Assembly: GCA_949358305.1 (NCBI GenBank)
Contig: OX442314.1
Span: 5,518,001-5,582,000 of the forward strand
Direction of reading: 5' to 3'
DNA from: Strigamia acuminata
Lineage: Eukaryota
DNA length: 64,000 nt
A model generated the notes under the pieces. It was not told where the DNA came from and did no database searches. It worked only from the letters and a program-made list of their open reading frames with translations. Shown one piece after another: positions 58,198 to 64,000 of this stretch. The translations under genes were made by a program, and so were the position numbers. Each line of letters begins with the position of its first letter. Position 1 is the first letter of the stretch.

Positions 58198-61100
58198 TGT
58201 AGCAGAGGAGGAGGAAATTAGCTCGGAATTACGAGCGGAAAATCGAAAACGGAGTCGGAAAACGACTCGCAGAGTGCTCGCAAATACTCGCTCGCAGAAT
58301 ACTCGCGCCGAAAACGTTTCGAGCAAGATACGGCCGTGCACAAGCACTTATATGCCGTGGAATGATGCAAATAGCATATACAAATAATAAAATGATTTAA
58401 TATAAACGAAATATCTTACATAGTGGTCCAAAGCATGTTGGGAAAGAGGATGGGCAAGCAACAACATGTGCAGCGCCATCTTGGATTCAAGAGAGTGTGA
58501 GAAGCGACACTTTGTGTCGCAATACAACATTACAAATTAGGAAAATAGTCAAAGTAACTTCCAAAACTAACAAATGCATGGTGCCTCATGCTAAAATACA
58601 TAAACAATGACTAAATGACCAAAATATGATAAACAACTTAAAAGATCGGTAAATAAGCGATAATTGAGAAATACACTGGGAAAATGATAATTCAAGCCGA
58701 ATCTATCTTACATTGACCACAAACACGGTCCGTAGACCAACAAATCCCCCCTTCGATGTAAATAGGTTCGGGGAAATACAGAACGGGTACTGGAATTACA
58801 GTGTGTTACGAGAAAATATAAACAATAAAGTTCGAATCATCGAGCCGGGTACTGTCATTGAAAAAACTCTACGGAAGCCCGAATATTCCCACTGGAACTC
58901 GATGATCCTCGATGTCGGGTAAATAAATTAGGAATGTCGATAATTTTAGAGTCGGAAGATTCGCGAGATGAGTGATCGAAGTCGTTCCGAACCGAGCCAC
59001 TTGGTGAATATGTCGGCGACGTTGAGGTCGCCGGGCACTTTCTTGAGTTCGAACTGTCCCGCCGTATACCACTCCCGAAGCCAATGGAATTTGACGCGAA
59101 TGTGTTTCGTCTTGCTGTTCTCGATATCGTTCGCGGTGAATTGGATAGCAGCAAGCGCGTCGGAGTAGATAACGGGACAAGAAATCGGACCTAGCATCGG
59201 GCATTCAGAGTAAACATGTCGGAGCCAATAAAATTCTTTAACTGCATCGACAAGAGCGAGAAATTCAGCTTCCATTGTCGAGCAAGCCACTGTGGTCTGT
59301 TTTCGGCAGGTCCATCCAATTGGCGTTTGTCCGATGTAACAAATAAAGCCTCCGAAGCTAAGCGATGTAGCGCTGTCCGATGCCCACGATGCGTCTGTGT
59401 ATCCCCACAGTCGTCCAGTAGAACATCCCGATAATTCAATGCAATAGTCGATGGTGTTCGAGACGTACTGCAACACTTGAAGCAAAGCTTTGATGTGGGC
59501 TTGCGTATAACATGTGTTGAATTGCGAAAGGGATATCACTGAGTACAGGATGTCGGGACGAGTTCGAGACGCTAAAAACAGCAGCGACCCGATAAGGGAC
59601 CGGTACGGGAAGTCGATCAGGTTCTCTGTCGGTCCTCTTGTGAGCATTGTTCCCGGAGTAACTGGAACTTTGACGAGATTATTGGTAACAGTGCCGAACT
59701 TCTTGATAATCTTTGCGATGTACATTCGCTGGCTGATGAACGTTTTGCCAGCGTCACGAATGAATTCAACGCCGAGCAATTTCGCGATGGGACCCAAGTT
59801 GACGATTTGAAACTTGGTGCTGATCAAAGCGATGAGTCGATCGAGGACGGAGTCGGTAGCGTAGAAAAGAACGATGTCGTCCACGTAGACCAGCATTAAA
59901 GCAGAAGTCCCAAAAATGTACACGCAATTGCATCCGGGAAGTTTGCGAAATCCGAGAGATCGAAGCGTCTCGTCGAGCTTTTCAAACCACTGCCTTCCCA
60001 ACTGGTGCAAACCGTAGAGCGATTTTATAAGGAGCCAGACGTTGTTCGGGTGTGTACAGGTTGCCCCAGCCGGGATGCGCATGTACACCTTATGCTCGAG
60101 CTCACCATAAAGGTAAGCGCACTTCACATCAAGATGTGCGTCTTTCCAACCTCGGAGAACGACGAGCAAACAAAAGAACATCCGGATGAGTACAAAGTTC
60201 ACTACGGGGCTGAAAACCTCATCGTAGTCGACGCCGAGAGTTTGTCGGAAGCCTTGAGCAACAAGGCGGGCACGGTAACGAGTAATCTTGCCGGCGGCGT
60301 CGGATTTCAATTTGAAGATCCACTTGCACCCGAGGATCGTTGTGTCGGGCGGCTTCGGTACTTCGACATAAACCTCTCGTTCCTCAAAAGTCCCGAGTTC
60401 CTCTGCGATCGCTTCTCTCCACTTCGGAGCATCGTGAAATTTTGGAATTTCGGCGAAAGATGCGGGTTCCGTCCGACACAGATGAGCCGCATGTCTGGCA
60501 GGGATCGTAGGCGTAGTATATTCAATACTGCCAAAGAAAAAGAGTTCCGGATTATATTCGAGATGATTAAATTGACAATATTTCTCGATGTCCCCGCGTG
60601 AACGTAGTCGCACATCCGGTTCCGGGAAATAATATACATCGGTGTCAATTTTCCCGGGTCTCTGATCCTTTCTGAGGTGCTCTTCACGTTTCCAACCAGC
60701 ACATGGCGAATCTCCTCCGATATATCTCCACATAAAAGCTGTCTGTCTGGCAGTCGTTGGTAATACCTCGGTACCATGAAGTGGAGCTGGAGACATGGGT
60801 CCTGCACCGAAAACTGGAATTGTGTGTTGAAGAACAGAAGTACCCATTGTTCTTCGCGTAGTCACAAATCTGCTTGGGGAGCCCGGTTGGGATAACGGGG
60901 GCGAGGTTTGCGGTGAAGTTTGAGGTGACACATGAGGAGAAGTATAGTTAGACATAGGCACAAGGGAAACTTCGTCTATATCATCAACGTCACGATCCGT
61001 GTCATCACCCAGATTACTATCGGAGCTTGGCAATCTCAAAGCACACGCCTCTAGAAGTTGTCGTTCGGGTGTCAGGAATTGAGCAGATGCAGCTGAGCTC

Positions 61101-64000
61101 GAACTTTCTTCCAACGGAGGCATCTCAGACTCATCATCTGACGACGAGTGTTCATTCTCCGAGTCCGATCCTTTTGGCCAGTCGAGATACTGGATGTTTT
61201 GATCAAACGATACAGTCGATTGTGGAAAGTTTTGAACGTTTTCAACCGGGAATTCAAACGTAGATTGTTGATTTCCGTTGCCATTTCGAATAGACCGGCG
61301 ATACGATATTCTTTCGTCGATCCGGACATGACATGATTCGGTAATTTTATCGTCCAATGGGTTCCAAATTCGATATCCTCTCGTTCCGACGGCGTATCCG
61401 ACAATATAGCCTTCCCAGGCACGCATTTGGAGCTTCTTGCGTCCCGGTGCGGTGAAATGCACCCAACACTTCGATCCGATTCGTCGTAGATGCCGCAATG
61501 AAAGGGCTCGCTGTCGCCACAGGATATAAGGAACCTGATTGTTCAATCGAGAATGCGGAGAGCGGTTTTTAATGTAGGCGAATGTCACGGCCAATTCCGC
61601 CCATAACGAATTTGGAAGTTTGGTTTCGTTTAAAACAGCTCTCACATTTTCGGCCATCGTCCGGTTTATCCGCTCAGCCGTTCCATTCATAGCGGGTGAG
61701 GTAGGGTTGGTACGCTGACCTTCGATGCCCTTCTCTCGTAGATAATCGAGGAATTCATTCGACATGAATTCTCCACCACGATCAGAACGGATAGCCTTTA
61801 CTCGAGTACTTGCGACGCATTCGATACGAGTGACGAAATCCTTGAATATACCGAAGACCTGAGATTTTTGTGCCATCGGTGTTATCCAGCAATATCGTGT
61901 AGCGTCGTCGATTATCGTGAATACGAAACGAGCTCCGCCAATGGACGTGGTTTCTGATGGCCCCCAGACATCCATGTGGAGAAGGTCTAGTGCCTTGGTG
62001 GAAATTGGGTTTAAGTCCGGCTTATGTGTCGTGCGAATTGACTTCGCAAGTCGACAGTCATTGCATGCCAACTCCTTGGACACTTCAGCCGGTTCCATCC
62101 CGTAGACTTGATCATTTGCTGCCAAAAGACGCATCGAGTTGGTGTGAAGGTGGCCAAGACGACTATGCCACAGTCCAGTAGCGTCCTTCTTTGATGTGGT
62201 GGCAGCAACCGTCTCCTTTTTAGGTAGAGAAGTCGTTTTAGGAATGGATGACGTCGGGATTGTCTGAATAACGTCGGAATAGGATGGGACAGGAGGAGAA
62301 AGTTGGGTTGGTTTAGGACTGAGATTTGATAACGGATTGGTAGGAGTTGGGGTCGGAATTGGGTTCACGACGTCCGGAGATGGCAACTCAATACGAAAAT
62401 CCGTTATTTGCTCCATTTTAGATTTCGGTTTCTTTTTCGGTTTCGGAATGGGCTCAAAATCAACCTCAGAAGTAACCAAGGTCTTGACAGGAGCTGTCGG
62501 TGGAGGTTGAGAAGCTGTCGAAACTGCTGTTGGAAAAGTCGGAGTCACGCAAAGTCCATCGACATAGTATAGTCCGCCTTTCTCTTTTGCTCGAAGAACT
62601 GATGAACGAATGTCGGATTGATAGACATTGATTTCTCCGTCGAATATGTGAATGTGAAACTTGTTTTTGTCGATTTTACTTACGGAGACTAGATTCGCCT
62701 CAAAGTTCAGAGCAAATAAGACGTTGTGTAAAGTCACGAAACAATCACAGTTATCAATCGAGGTCTGAAGCCGCACGTTTCCACGTCCCGTAACTTTGGA
62801 CTTGCCCTGTCCGAGCTCGATGTCGAATGGCGTAATCTGTTCAAAGTTCGAAAACCACGATTGAATGTGGGAAACGTGGTCGGTGGCCCCGCAGTCGACG
62901 ATCCATTCATTTGACTGCATAAAATGTGCAATGGGACGCTCGATGATTTGGGGACAATTCACGAAAAAATTCGCATCTCGACGTGGCCTAGAACTGCCTC
63001 GTGGTTTGGGATCTTCCTGCTTCGACGCGTTCTTATTACGACGGCGACTCTTGCTGCGAGAGGAGCGTTGGACTTGCGCAACAGGTGCCTGGCGGTTCTG
63101 ACCATCGCTTTTCTGATGAGGGCACTTGTTGGCGTAATGTCCAAGTTCTTGGCAATTGAAACATCGAACTGTCGAAATATCACGCGGAGGTCGGGATTGA
63201 TTCCGTCGAGACTGACCAGTATTGGAAGTATGCGCCGATGCTGACTGAGAATTGTTCACATGTATCGATTTGAGGCGCATATACTCGGAGAGAAGCTGTT
63301 CGGCCACTAGAGCGGGCTTGAACTTGTCATCCGGCCAATGATATATGGCAAACGAAACTTGAGAATATTCTGGAGGAAGACGATGGAGGTATTGGTACGC
63401 ATGGTGGATATCTGATACCTCCTCTTGGACGGATTTAAGTTGGCTGACATGGTAGTCGACGCGGGCGATGAAATCCGCCATTTCCTCGTTCGGTTGGAGA
63501 CGGAGCGCAAGGAAATCCCAGCGCATCGCGGCTTGACGCGCGCGAGAGCTGGGAGCGTAGATCTGGGCCAACTTATCCCAAGATTGTTTGGGAGTGTCAC
63601 AATTATTGAGGGCTGACTTTTTCGCCTCCGAAACAAAACAGTAAATCAGGCCAAGCGCCTTGTCCTTTTTGCGCTGATATTTCGTTTTGTCCTTTTCCGA
63701 TGCGGTTTTCAGGTATTCGACTTCCTCGGTTTCCGTCACGTGGTGCCACAATCCTTCTGCTTTGAGGAGCATTCGCATGCTCCTCTGCCACGAGTCGTAA
63801 TTCCCTACAGCGAGTACGGGAACTCTGCCGCTGGTCGGATCGCTGACTTTTTGCATGATAGCAGCCAAGACGAGACAAAACGCGAAAAATCACAGAAGCG
63901 ACGAGAGTGGTATTGGTGCACTGGATTCGGAGCACTGGCGAACACGATGCACTTCACAACACACACACACCTCCCTCGTGGTTCAAAGCGGAAACCGTAA
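58198..64000 (-). mobile_element. Ty1/Copia element with MBD; 5' LTR beyond the window
   Basis: 3' LTR ~58198-58742 (TGTTGG...CTACA on minus), PPT AAGGGGGGATT at 58753-58743, single polyprotein ORF. Confidence 0.93.
58946..63868 (-). CDS. Copia Gag-Pol polyprotein (1640 aa): Gag, CCHC, PR, IN, MBD, RT, RNase H
   Basis: CFNCQELGHYANKC; WIVDCGATDH; LWHSRLGH; IRSDRGGEF; MBD-like GWKREE...DVYY...RS; RARLVAQGF; YVDD; YTDASW; no stops. Confidence 0.95.
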   Translation of the reverse strand: MAAIMQKVSDPTSGRVPVLAVGNYDSWQRSMRMLLKAEGLWHHVTETEEVEYLKTASEKDKTKYQRKKDKALGLIYCFVSEAKKSALNNCDTPKQSWDKLAQIYAPSSRARQAAMRWDFLALRLQPNEEMADFIARVDYHVSQLKSVQEEVSDIHHAYQYLHRLPPEYSQVSFAIYHWPDDKFKPALVAEQLLSEYMRLKSIHVNNSQSASAHTSNTGQSRRNQSRPPRDISTVRCFNCQELGHYANKCPHQKSDGQNRQAPVAQVQRSSRSKSRRRNKNASKQEDPKPRGSSRPRRDANFFVNCPQIIERPIAHFMQSNEWIVDCGATDHVSHIQSWFSNFEQITPFDIELGQGKSKVTGRGNVRLQTSIDNCDCFVTLHNVLFALNFEANLVSVSKIDKNKFHIHIFDGEINVYQSDIRSSVLRAKEKGGLYYVDGLCVTPTFPTAVSTASQPPPTAPVKTLVTSEVDFEPIPKPKKKPKSKMEQITDFRIELPSPDVVNPIPTPTPTNPLSNLSPKPTQLSPPVPSYSDVIQTIPTSSIPKTTSLPKKETVAATTSKKDATGLWHSRLGHLHTNSMRLLAANDQVYGMEPAEVSKELACNDCRLAKSIRTTHKPDLNPISTKALDLLHMDVWGPSETTSIGGARFVFTIIDDATRYCWITPMAQKSQVFGIFKDFVTRIECVASTRVKAIRSDRGGEFMSNEFLDYLREKGIEGQRTNPTSPAMNGTAERINRTMAENVRAVLNETKLPNSLWAELAVTFAYIKNRSPHSRLNNQVPYILWRQRALSLRHLRRIGSKCWVHFTAPGRKKLQMRAWEGYIVGYAVGTRGYRIWNPLDDKITESCHVRIDERISYRRSIRNGNGNQQSTFEFPVENVQNFPQSTVSFDQNIQYLDWPKGSDSENEHSSSDDESEMPPLEESSSSAASAQFLTPERQLLEACALRLPSSDSNLGDDTDRDVDDIDEVSLVPMSNYTSPHVSPQTSPQTSPPLSQPGSPSRFVTTRRTMGTSVLQHTIPVFGAGPMSPAPLHGTEVLPTTARQTAFMWRYIGGDSPCAGWKREEHLRKDQRPGKIDTDVYYFPEPDVRLRSRGDIEKYCQFNHLEYNPELFFFGSIEYTTPTIPARHAAHLCRTEPASFAEIPKFHDAPKWREAIAEELGTFEEREVYVEVPKPPDTTILGCKWIFKLKSDAAGKITRYRARLVAQGFRQTLGVDYDEVFSPVVNFVLIRMFFCLLVVLRGWKDAHLDVKCAYLYGELEHKVYMRIPAGATCTHPNNVWLLIKSLYGLHQLGRQWFEKLDETLRSLGFRKLPGCNCVYIFGTSALMLVYVDDIVLFYATDSVLDRLIALISTKFQIVNLGPIAKLLGVEFIRDAGKTFISQRMYIAKIIKKFGTVTNNLVKVPVTPGTMLTRGPTENLIDFPYRSLIGSLLFLASRTRPDILYSVISLSQFNTCYTQAHIKALLQVLQYVSNTIDYCIELSGCSTGRLWGYTDASWASDSATSLSFGGFICYIGQTPIGWTCRKQTTVACSTMEAEFLALVDAVKEFYWLRHVYSECPMLGPISCPVIYSDALAAIQFTANDIENSKTKHIRVKFHWLREWYTAGQFELKKVPGDLNVADIFTKWLGSERLRSLISRIFRL

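Overview
Eukaryotic, AT-rich invertebrate genomic DNA with short (~60-75 nt) spliceosomal introns. The MBD-carrying Copia suggests a myriapod or chelicerate host (inference). Bases 1-34.5k hold three tandem minus-strand DEG/ENaC (pickpocket/ASIC-like) paralogs. The middle one (24416..18750, 11 exons, ~801 aa) reads through intact and encodes two complete channel subunits in one polypeptide. The fusion lies inside a single exon, and both halves share the intron-phase pattern 0,1,0,0,2. Its neighbours are disrupted, one by a full-length Ty3/Gypsy element (E1, 1692-13453) and the other by a nonsense codon plus a MULE. From 35.2k to the end is a nested retrotransposon stack. A related Gypsy (E2) carries in its gag a 9.4-kb LTR element with no gag or pol (E3), which has a duplicated tRNA-Gln PBS and an orphan ORF with an eIF4E-binding-like motif. 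A Copia encoding a methyl-CpG-binding domain sits in the E2 3' LTR. E1 and E2 each carry a homologous, intron-containing, non-env third gene of unknown function. MITEs, a solo LTR and Copia fragments fill introns and intergenic DNA. All calls come from reading the sequence by hand; no searches were run.
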